Source: a bacterium
GTDB lineage: Bacteria > Actinomycetota > Acidimicrobiia > Acidimicrobiales > CATQHL01
Direction: 5' to 3'
NCBI GenBank assembly: GCA_028824415.1
Contig: JAPPDX010000121.1
Span: 3,327 to 67,326 of the forward strand
Length of the DNA stretch: 64,000 nucleotides
Shown: piece by piece, positions 56,855 through 64,000 of the stretch
How positions within the stretch are numbered: the stretch's first letter is position 1
Layout of the letters: each line of letters opens with the position of its first letter
Made by a program: the position numbers and the translations under genes
Notes under the pieces: model-generated
The model's database searches: none
Seen by the model: the letters and a program-made list of their open reading frames with translations, nothing else
Told to the model about the DNA's origin: nothing

Positions 56855-57601
56855 TCACCTACCGGCGCCGTCCAGCATTCGCAACACGGCGGCGGCTGCG
56901 CCGAACCCGTTGTCGATGCCCACGACCGTCACCCCAGCGGCGCACGACGCCAACATCGACAGCAACGCGGTCACGCCTTCCAGCGCGGCCCCGTAACCCG
57001 TGCTGGTGGGAACGGCCACCACCGGAGCACCGGTCAGACCCCCCACCACACTCGGCAGAGCCCCCTCCATGCCCGCCACGACAACCACGGCTTCAGCATC
57101 CTGCAGTGAGCCCACGTCCGCCAGCAGGCGGTGGAGACCTGCGACACCCACGTCGTTCAACCGGCCTGCCATAACGCCGTGCGCAGCCAGGGTGGCCTCA
57201 CACTCGGCGGCCACCGGTCCGTCCGCTGTCCCCGCGGTGGCGATCATCACGCTGGCCCGGCGCGGCTCGGCAGGCCTCCAGACGACCGTCGAGCCCTGGA
57301 GCCGCCCGCCCGGGTTGGCGGCCAGCGCGGCGGTGGCCTGCTCCCCGTCGGCCCGGGTCAGTAGCACCGGCCCGGGTCCGCCGGCGAGCAGCTCCGCAAC
57401 GATGGCGGCGCACTCCTCGGGCGCCTTGCCCGGTCCGTAGACGACTTCCCCCAGGGGTGCGCGCAGTCGCCGGTGATGGTCGACCCTCGCGAAACCCAAA
57501 TCCCCGAAGGGCAGCCGCCGCACCTCCCGGACGGCCTCGTCGGGGTGGATCTGCCCGGCCTGCACACCGGCGAGCAAATTCCGCAAGGCGCCCTCGTCCA
57601 T
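56855..57601 (-). CDS. larB: LarB (pyridinium-3,5-biscarboxylic acid mononucleotide synthase, PurE-like)
   Basis: Within ORF 56855..57661, ATG 57601 is preceded by GGAGG and gives MDEGALRNLLAGVQAGQIHPDEA...GFARVDHHR. The C-terminal VVVAGMEGALPSVVGGL is the PurE-like fold. Confidence 0.8.
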   Translation of the reverse strand: MDEGALRNLLAGVQAGQIHPDEAVREVRRLPFGDLGFARVDHHRRLRAPLGEVVYGPGKAPEECAAIVAELLAGGPGPVLLTRADGEQATAALAANPGGRLQGSTVVWRPAEPRRASVMIATAGTADGPVAAECEATLAAHGVMAGRLNDVGVAGLHRLLADVGSLQDAEAVVVVAGMEGALPSVVGGLTGAPVVAVPTSTGYGAALEGVTALLSMLASCAAGVTVVGIDNGFGAAAAVLRMLDGAGR

Positions 57602-57699
57602 ACTGTTCGACCTCCGATGACCCCGTGACCCAGATCGCGCCCACGACGACCGCGGCCCCACAGGGCGACCTTACCGGTGGTTCTGTATCCTTGCCGCCC

Positions 57700-58668
57700 A
57701 TGACCGACCGTCCAGCGGCGCCTAGTCCAGGGGACGCGGCAGGCCGCCGCGTCGCCTACCTCGGACCGCCGGGGACCTTCACCGAGGAGGCGCTGCGGCT
57801 GGAGCCGGCATTCTGCGAGGACACCCACATTCCGATGTCAACGATCCCCGACGTGCTGGAGGCCGCGGCCTGCGGCGACGTTGACTTCGGCTTCGTCGCC
57901 ATTGAGAACTCCCTCGGCGGGTCGGTGAGCGTCACCCTGGACAATCTCGCTCTGGAGTCCGAACTGCTGATCCAGCGCGAAACCGTCATACCCGTCCAAC
58001 TGAGCCTGCTGGCACCTCCGGGGACCGAACTCGCCGACGTACGACGGGTCGTGTCCTTCCCGATGGCCACCGCGCAGTGCCGGACATTCCTGCGAACGAT
58101 CATCCCGCACGCCAACGTCGAATCGGCGACGTCCACCGCTGAGGCGGTCCGCACCGTTGCCACCGAGGCCGACCCGCACAGCGCCGCCATCGGAGCCAGC
58201 CGGGCCGCCGAGATCTATCGCTTGCAGGCACTTGCGGCCGACATCGGTGACGACCATGAGCAGCACACCCGCTTCGTGGCGGTGGCGGCGACCGGCATCA
58301 CTGCACCCACGGGCCATGACAAGACCTCGATCGTGATCTTCCAGCGCGAGGACGTGCCGGGATCGCTCGCCGGCATCCTTCATGAGTTCGCGGCCCGATC
58401 CATCAACCTCACCAAGCTGGAGTCGCGCCCAACCAAGGAGGCGCTGGGGGACTACTGCTTCGTCATCGATCTCGAGGGCCACATCGCCGACGACCTCCTG
58501 GCCGACAGCCTGATGAACATCCAGGCCAAGAAGGCCGACGTCAAGTTCCTCGGCTCGTACCCGGCGGCCACGTGGCGCGAGGGCGACGCCACGCGGCGGG
58601 AGGCTGACGCGGCTTGGCAGCGGGCACAGAAGTGGCTCGCCGACATCCGGGAGCATCTCCCGAACTGA
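57700..58668 (+). CDS. pheA: Prephenate dehydratase
   Basis: Within ORF 57457..58668, ATG 57700. RVAYLGPPGTFTEEA, the ENSLGGSV motif, TRFVAV, and the ACT domain with ESRPT. Confidence 0.9.
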   Translation: MTDRPAAPSPGDAAGRRVAYLGPPGTFTEEALRLEPAFCEDTHIPMSTIPDVLEAAACGDVDFGFVAIENSLGGSVSVTLDNLALESELLIQRETVIPVQLSLLAPPGTELADVRRVVSFPMATAQCRTFLRTIIPHANVESATSTAEAVRTVATEADPHSAAIGASRAAEIYRLQALAADIGDDHEQHTRFVAVAATGITAPTGHDKTSIVIFQREDVPGSLAGILHEFAARSINLTKLESRPTKEALGDYCFVIDLEGHIADDLLADSLMNIQAKKADVKFLGSYPAATWREGDATRREADAAWQRAQKWLADIREHLPN

Positions 58669-58709
58669 CGATCGCCGAAAGGCGTGCCGGCGATCGATGG
58701 TGGCGAGGC

Positions 58710-60404
58710 TCAGGAGGGGATGAGGCCGTCCTGGGGCAGGGTCCACGGCAGCGAGGGCACGTGCGCCAGCAGCTTGGCGCGGGGCAGCTCGATGTGACCG
58801 ACGGGGACGTCGATGATCACTGGGGCGCGGCGCTCGAGCGCTTCGGGGATCAGCCGGGCCAGATCCAGAGGATCGTCCGCTCGTAGCCCGACCGCGCCGA
58901 AGGATTCAGCGAAGTCCACGAAGTCGGGATTGTGGAGATCGGTCTCGTAGGTGCCGTCGAAGAACTCGGTCAGGTCACGGGCGACGTTGCCGTAGGAGTC
59001 GTTCCTGAAGACGACGGTGACCACGTTGAGCCCGTACTTGACCGCCGTCGAGAGCTCGGAGGCGTTGAACATGAACCCACCGTCGCCGACGACGCAGACC
59101 ACGGGGTCGTCGGGTCGGGCGACCTGTGCACCGAGCGCCGTCGGGAACGAGAAGCCGAGGTTGAACGCATACCCGGAGTCCACGTACGTCTTCGGGCGGT
59201 TCACGTGGAAATGGGTGCGGGCGTAGTAGCCGAACTGCGTCACCCCCCAGACGACGCAGGCCTCCTCCGGGATCCCGCTCTGCAGCGCCTCCAGGATCGG
59301 ATACTGAGGCTCCTTGAACTTGATGTCGTAGTACGCGATCAGCCGGCGGGCGGCCGTGACCGCCTCGGCCGGCGATGGGCGGTCGCCGGCGCCCGCTGCG
59401 ACTAGATGGGGCAGGAGAGCCTCAATGGTCGTCCTGGCATCGCCGTGCAAGGGGAGGGTGTTTGCCTGGACGCGCGTCAGCTCGGTGTCGTCGATGTTGA
59501 TGTTCACGAGCACCGAGGACTCGCCTGCCGGATTGCCCATCGAGAATCGCGCGCCGATCCCGATGACCACGTCGGCAGCGCGCATCACGTCGTGGAGCTG
59601 GTTCAGCTCGAATCGCTCCCCCTCGGGGCTGACACAGGAGCCGTAGGACAGCGGGTGGCGGTCGGGAATCGCTCCCTTGCCTCCTCCGGAGGTGACCACG
59701 GGGATGTTCGTCGCCTCGGCCAGCGCCACGAGGGCCTCCTCGGCGTCCGAGCGCGCCACACCACCGCCCGCGTAGATCAGCGGCAGGCGAGACTCGACGA
59801 TCACTCGCGCGGCCTCCCGGAGCTGCTCGGCGCTCGGCACGATCCGTGCGATGGGGGCCGGATCCTGCAGCCGGACCTCCTCCCGTTCCACCGACACCTC
59901 CGGCGGGACCTCGATCAGCACGGGACGGGGGCGCCCTGTACGCATCTGCCTGAACGCCTCCGAGACGGTCCACGGGATCTCCCGGGGCCGGAGTGCACAG
60001 TGCCGCCACTTGGTCACAGGACGTACCACGTCGGGCTGGTCCAGGATCTCGTGAACGCCTCCCAGATTTCGACCGATCTGACCGCGGGGAATCTGGCCTG
60101 CGATGGCGAGCACGGGAGAGGACCGGGAGTACGCCGTGGCCAGACCGGCGGCGGCGTTGTAGAGACCGACGCCCGGAACGACCAGCGCCACACCGGGCTT
60201 GCCCGAGACACGGGCGTAGCCGTCGGCCATGTACGTGGCGGCCTGCTCGTGACGGGTCGTAATCATGGCGATGCCCGGTTCGTCGCGGAGCGCGGCGACA
60301 ATGCCGTAGATCTGCACACCAGGGATGCCGAAAACGACTTCGACCCCTTCGGCCAGGAGCGACTTCACAAGGGCTTCGCCCCCGCTCATCTTCGCCATAG
60401 CCAT
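58710..60404 (-). CDS. Thiamine-pyrophosphate-dependent enzyme (acetolactate-synthase-like large subunit family)
   Basis: Within ORF 58710..60575, start at one of three clustered ATGs (60404, 60398 or 60389), giving MAMAKMSGGEALVKSLLAEGVEVVFGIPG... GDGGFMFNASEL is the TPP-binding motif. Confidence 0.8.
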   Translation of the reverse strand: MAMAKMSGGEALVKSLLAEGVEVVFGIPGVQIYGIVAALRDEPGIAMITTRHEQAATYMADGYARVSGKPGVALVVPGVGLYNAAAGLATAYSRSSPVLAIAGQIPRGQIGRNLGGVHEILDQPDVVRPVTKWRHCALRPREIPWTVSEAFRQMRTGRPRPVLIEVPPEVSVEREEVRLQDPAPIARIVPSAEQLREAARVIVESRLPLIYAGGGVARSDAEEALVALAEATNIPVVTSGGGKGAIPDRHPLSYGSCVSPEGERFELNQLHDVMRAADVVIGIGARFSMGNPAGESSVLVNINIDDTELTRVQANTLPLHGDARTTIEALLPHLVAAGAGDRPSPAEAVTAARRLIAYYDIKFKEPQYPILEALQSGIPEEACVVWGVTQFGYYARTHFHVNRPKTYVDSGYAFNLGFSFPTALGAQVARPDDPVVCVVGDGGFMFNASELSTAVKYGLNVVTVVFRNDSYGNVARDLTEFFDGTYETDLHNPDFVDFAESFGAVGLRADDPLDLARLIPEALERRAPVIIDVPVGHIELPRAKLLAHVPSLPWTLPQDGLIPS

Positions 60405-60615
60405 CAACTCGGTCGGGATCGATCCGGGTGTCTCAGCACGAAGTGTGACGATACTCACTACAGGTCCCGGATGTCCTCCGGAGTTCGCCCGCTGACGCGG
60501 CCCGACGGCGCCCAACGGCGGCCGGACGACGCTTGGCGGCGGGCCCAGGACCGGCTGGACACCGTCAGAACGCACCGCACCGGCTGAACCCGCCGGGGGC
60601 GGTACCCTCGCTTGC

Positions 60616-60700
60616 GGAGGGATGGCAGAGCGGACGATTGCGACGGTCTTGAAAACCGTTGGGTTTCACGACCCCGGGGGTTCGAATCCCCCTCCCTCCG
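60616..60700 (+). tRNA. tRNA-Ser (anticodon TGA), long variable arm
   Basis: Acceptor GGAGGGA/TCCCTCC, anticodon arm ACGGT-CTTGAAA-ACCGT, variable stem GGGT..ACCC, T arm GGGGG-TTCGAAT-CCCCC. Confidence 0.85.
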
Positions 60701-60779
60701 CGTCACCGGCCTGCCTCGGCCGCGCCAAAGCGTCCCGGCCGGGCCATACTTGAAGCCCGCCGGTTCAACCGGCACCCAC

Positions 60780-60854
60780 GCGCTCGTAGCTCAATTTGGA
60801 CAGAGCGTCTGACTACGGATCAGAAGGTTGGGGGTTCGAGTCCCTCCGAGCGCG
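60780..60854 (+). tRNA. tRNA-Arg (anticodon ACG)
   Basis: Acceptor GCGCTCG/CGAGCGC, D arm GCTC..GAGC, anticodon arm TCTGA-CTACGGA-TCAGA, T loop TTCGAGT. Confidence 0.85.
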
Positions 60855-60927
60855 CTCTCCGAAGCCCACAGACCGCACCGGCGCTCACCTCAGCAGCCGT
60901 GTGGCCCGGCACCGTTAGCCTGCGAGC

Positions 60928-61713
60928 ATGAGTGCCGCTGCAGTCGACGCCGAACTGGTGTCCTCCGCCGTCGATCTGACCGAGCGAGCCGGGCAGGTGA
61001 CACTGCGGTGGTTCTCGCCCCGCTGTCTGGCCAGCCGGACCAAGTCCGACGGCAGCCCGGTCACCGAGGCCGACAGGGCCACCGAGGAGTTCCTGAGGGC
61101 CGAGTTGGCCCGGCGCTACCCCGACGATGCCGTGATGGGCGAGGAGTACGGCGACAGCGAGGGCTCCAGCGGCCGCCGCTGGGTGATCGACCCGATCGAC
61201 GGGACCCGCAGCTTCGTGCGCGGCGTTCCCCTCTTTACCACCCTGCTGGCGATGATCGACGAGTCGGGACCGGCGGTGGGCGTGGCACACGTCCCGCCGC
61301 TGTACGAGACGGTCTCCGCCGGCCGCGGGCGCGGCGCGGAACACATCTGCGATGGCGAGAAACGACAGGCGCGCGTCAGCGACGTGTCACGTCTCGACGG
61401 GTCGTACCTGGTAACCAGCGGGATCGAGTACCTGCCCGAGCGGGGGCGGCGGGCACTGCTGCAACCCGGCCCCCTGGTTCGGACCTGGGGAGACGGCTAC
61501 GGCTACATGCTGCTGGCCACGGGCCGGGCGGAGATCATGCTCGACGCCGGTCTGGCGCTGTGGGACGTCGCTCCGATGCTCGTCATCGTCCCCGAGGCCG
61601 GCGGGCGCATCACCGACTACGACGGCGGACCCAACCCTCAGGCAGGCGACGTGGTGTCGACCAACGGCCACGTGCACGACAGCGCCCTCCGCTTGCTGGC
61701 CGAGCCCGTCTAA
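60928..61713 (+). CDS. Inositol monophosphatase family protein (possibly histidinol-phosphatase HisN)
   Basis: ORF track, 261 aa. PVTEADRATEEFL, WVIDPIDGTRSFVRGVP and WDVAP are IMPase family motifs. Confidence 0.8.
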   Translation: MSAAAVDAELVSSAVDLTERAGQVTLRWFSPRCLASRTKSDGSPVTEADRATEEFLRAELARRYPDDAVMGEEYGDSEGSSGRRWVIDPIDGTRSFVRGVPLFTTLLAMIDESGPAVGVAHVPPLYETVSAGRGRGAEHICDGEKRQARVSDVSRLDGSYLVTSGIEYLPERGRRALLQPGPLVRTWGDGYGYMLLATGRAEIMLDAGLALWDVAPMLVIVPEAGGRITDYDGGPNPQAGDVVSTNGHVHDSALRLLAEPV

Positions 61714-61724
61714 GGGCCAGCCGT

Positions 61725-62705
61725 CTAGAGGCCGACCCCCTCGAACAGGACGGGGGTGATCCCCCGTTCGGTCAGCCCGCTGAGGAAGTTCAAGGGCACG
61801 AGCGCCTCGGCGAGGCCCATGGCGCCGCTGCGGCGCGCCTCGCCAGCCGCCAGGGACAGCGCCGCCGTGGCGGCCACCGTGGCGGCGGCCGCGGCCGGGT
61901 TGTGGGCCACGCCCAGCACCCGTTGGGTGCTCTCCCCCAGCGACTCCCCGCTCAGCGCCACGCGCACCGCGCCGAGGCCGCCCTCGGGATGCGGCGGTGA
62001 CAGCATCGGCAGCCGGCACGTGAGCCGGTCCTGGCGATCGGCGGCACGCCGGGCCGTGATCGCAGCCGCCTCCGGGAACAGCCGGATCAGCAGCTGCGGC
62101 TCGGCCAGAGCGCCGAAGTAGCAGTCCGCCGGACCCACGGGGTCCGGGAACCAGCACAACTCACGCCCCGAACCACCCCGGCGTCTCAGCCAGGTCCCGT
62201 CGCCCCACACCCAGGCGACGCGGCCCAGCGCCGCGTGATACCTGCGGGCACAGGCGGGACCGCCGGTTCCCTGACGGGCGACGTGGACGGCGCTCACGGT
62301 GTCGAACCAGCCCGCCGCGTGCGCAGCCAGAACGCACGTCAGGCCGGGTGAGAAAGCAGCACCCAGCACCACCGGAACGCCCCTCTCACGCGCCGTGACA
62401 TCCAGCGCCAGCAACCCTCGAACCTCGGCCGGGTCCCCCGAGACCGACACGACCGCAACCCCGGCCCGCACCAGCTGGACGGCCAGTGGCCACTGGGTGC
62501 CCGACGGCGTCGCCAGCACGACGGCCTCGACTCGCTGCAAGTCGCCCAGACCTGCGGCGACCGTGCCCGGCACGGCACGCACGACCTCGGCCGCCGACGC
62601 CGGGCTGCGGCCGCAGACGGCCACCGACTCCACGTCGTCGGCAGCTGAAAGTATCCGGGCGACCCGTGCGCCGACCGCTCCGGTGCCGACGACCCCGAAA
62701 CGCAT
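61725..62705 (-). CDS. NAD(P)-binding oxidoreductase (saccharopine-dehydrogenase-like N-domain), function unknown
   Basis: ORF track, 326 aa. MRFGVVGTGAVGARVARIL Rossmann start. The rest is not recognisable by eye. Confidence 0.55.
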   Translation of the reverse strand: MRFGVVGTGAVGARVARILSAADDVESVAVCGRSPASAAEVVRAVPGTVAAGLGDLQRVEAVVLATPSGTQWPLAVQLVRAGVAVVSVSGDPAEVRGLLALDVTARERGVPVVLGAAFSPGLTCVLAAHAAGWFDTVSAVHVARQGTGGPACARRYHAALGRVAWVWGDGTWLRRRGGSGRELCWFPDPVGPADCYFGALAEPQLLIRLFPEAAAITARRAADRQDRLTCRLPMLSPPHPEGGLGAVRVALSGESLGESTQRVLGVAHNPAAAAATVAATAALSLAAGEARRSGAMGLAEALVPLNFLSGLTERGITPVLFEGVGL

Positions 62706-62729
62706 CCGATCAGGCCCGCGGGTGGCGCG

Positions 62730-62876
62730 TCAGGTCAATCCTGGCCCACGCAACGGTCGCCAGCCGCCCTGGCGGGCCGGCTGAACCTCGGTGCAGATGC
62801 GCATGACCCGGTCCATGACGAGGATCGCCAGAACGGCCAGGATCAGGGTCACAACACGCCCGAACACATCGCGCAC
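62730..62876 (-). CDS. Possible small (48 aa) single-pass membrane protein
   Basis: Own translation: VRDVFGRVVTLILAVLAILVMDRVMRICTEVQPARQGGWRPLRGPGLT*. It is below the ORF-track size cutoff, and there is no support beyond an open frame and a hydrophobic helix. Confidence 0.2.
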   Translation of the reverse strand: MRDVFGRVVTLILAVLAILVMDRVMRICTEVQPARQGGWRPLRGPGLT

Positions 62877-62898
62877 GCTCGGGACTCTAGCGACCGCG

Positions 62899-62972
<74 letters not shown>

Positions 62973-63035
62973 GGAAGGCCCAACGCTATCGCCCCCCTGG
63001 ACAGCGACCACCGGCGGCGAGCGGCGGCGGTGGCC

Positions 63036-63500
63036 TCAGCGCCGTGGCCCAACCGGTCGCCTGCCGGCGGCGCGCGCCCTGATGGGTCGGGGTCTCGCCC
63101 GAGCCGGTCGGAATCGCGTGGACTCCTCCTCCACGAGCATGATCCGCAGGCCGCCCACGAGTTCGCTGATGAGGTTGAACAGGACGGCGGCCATGACGTT
63201 GAACACCGAGGCGAGGAACGCCAACACCAGGCTGGTGAGCGCGTACACCCGGAAGATCTGCCCTGGCACGAACTCAAAGCTCTCGAGTCCGAAGATCTGC
63301 GTCACGAAGGCCTCGATGCGGTCGATCAGACCCGTGGAGTCCACCGCGCTCCAGAGGATCAACGCCGCCACCAGCAGAACCGCCCACAGGCAGAGGTACA
63401 GGATCAGCGACAGCTTCAGCACCGACCACAACTCCACCCGGCGCACGATGCGGCGCACACTGCGGATCTGCAGCCGCCGGCGCCGTCGACGCTCCGCCAT
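63036..63500 (-). CDS. DUF3566-type transmembrane protein
   Basis: ORF 63036..63668. I prefer ATG 63500 (MAERRRRRRLQIRSVRRIVRRVELWSVLKLSLILYLCLW...) because it avoids a 64-nt overlap with the upstream frame. The arrangement with tRNA-Ile matches the conserved actinobacterial Rv0007-like gene. Confidence 0.7.
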   Translation of the reverse strand: MAERRRRRRLQIRSVRRIVRRVELWSVLKLSLILYLCLWAVLLVAALILWSAVDSTGLIDRIEAFVTQIFGLESFEFVPGQIFRVYALTSLVLAFLASVFNVMAAVLFNLISELVGGLRIMLVEEESTRFRPARARPRPIRARAAGRRPVGPRR

Positions 63501-63604
63501 CGTCCAGCGCTCACCCCCGAGCCGCTCCGGGGCCGCCGGGTCGACCCGCTCGCCGGCGTCGGCCCTCGGCCCGTGGCCACCGTCGGCTGGCGCGGGTGGT
63601 GGCC

Positions 63605-64000
63605 TCAGCCCCGATGGATCGCCGGACACAGCACGAAGTGTAAGGGACGACCACCGCCGGCTCGGCATAGCCCGGTGCGATGGCTCAACGTGGCCAGCCG
63701 GGCAGCGAGCGGGCGCGGCACCTCGATCCCGCCGGATCCGAGCGGGCCCAGCAGGCGCACCGACCCGGCGACATCCTGGCCGAGGATCTCGCCGGCGCGG
63801 TCCAGAGCGGCGGCCAACGCCGGCGCCATCACCCCGCGAGGTCGTTCCGCCGCGGCCAGCGCCGTCTCGCCGTCGAGAGTGACCTCCACACGGGCCACGC
63901 CGTCGACCACCTCGACGGCGACGAGGTTCGCCCCGTTGGCCGCGGCCAGCTCCGCGGCATCCCCGGGACGGTGGCGGGCCGCGGCCAGCGCCGCCGCGTC
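63605..64000 (-). CDS. C-terminal part of an unidentified Ala/Gly-rich protein (gene continues beyond the right edge)
   Basis: The frame is open to the window edge: ...AAELAAANGANLVAVEVVDGVARVEVTLDGETALAAAERPRG...LLGPLGSGGIEV... I recognise no motif. The last ~25 residues look non-protein-like, so the true stop or frame is uncertain. Confidence 0.35.
   Translation of the reverse strand, partial: DAAALAAARHRPGDAAELAAANGANLVAVEVVDGVARVEVTLDGETALAAAERPRGVMAPALAAALDRAGEILGQDVAGSVRLLGPLGSGGIEVPRPLAARLATLSHRTGLCRAGGGRPLHFVLCPAIHRG

Overview
Very GC-rich, gene-dense chromosomal segment with about 60 CDS and 7 tRNAs. Gene content looks like Actinomycetota: a CtaF-like oxidase subunit, furA-katG, egtB/egtD, a PPOX/F420-class protein, an Rv0338c-type membrane Fe-S oxidoreductase, and a DUF3566 protein next to tRNA-Ile. 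All calls come from reading the sequence and ORF track by eye; no searches were run. Left to right: (1) a cta respiratory locus (ctaC, ctaF-like, ctaE, a subunit-I-like gene, ctaB, divergent ctaA); (2) tRNA Glu-Asp-Phe and pyrE; (3) a small low-GC patch with a coiled-coil hypothetical; (4) one co-directional block dnaK-grpE-dnaJ(CbpA-like)-egtB-egtD-purA-purB; (5) gpmA; (6) two tandem family-5 ABC substrate-binding lipoproteins; (7) nfu; (8) an OCD / DHDPS-like / saccharopine-dehydrogenase-like trio; (9) a PPOX-class protein and an SDR; (10) furA-katG; (11) a low-GC patch with a decayed repeat-protein gene; (12) a ~15.5 kb minus-strand catabolic block (hyuA, hydantoin racemase, Dpp-type ABC importer without a binding protein, hyuB, amidohydrolase, M24 peptidase/creatinase-like, SDR, RidA, VOC, ATC-hydrolase-like, Zn-ADH-like); (13) amt; (14) the Fe-S oxidoreductase; (15) dcd; (16) a class-III aminotransferase; (17) two tandem L,D-transpeptidase lipoproteins plus a remnant of a third; (18) an MBL hydrolase, larC-larB, pheA and a TPP enzyme; (19) tRNA Ser and Arg, an IMPase/HisN-like gene, an oxidoreductase, tRNA-Ile and the DUF3566 protein. 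I saw no transposase, integrase, phage, CRISPR, toxin-antitoxin or recognisable defence genes, so I cannot point to a clear novel system. The items most worth a second look are: (a) a heme-copper oxidase subunit I homologue that has lost every canonical metal ligand yet sits inside the cta operon; (b) two families of structured GC-rich intergenic repeats, one showing compensatory stem changes and an anti-SD-like C-rich module upstream of three cistrons; (c) the split-hyuA/hyuB catabolic block; (d) lipoproteins with very long Ala-rich or Pro-rich stalks built from tandem DNA repeats; (e) a duplicated mini-ORF translation-start module upstream of the Fe-S oxidoreductase; (f) ergothioneine genes translationally coupled to the dnaK operon.
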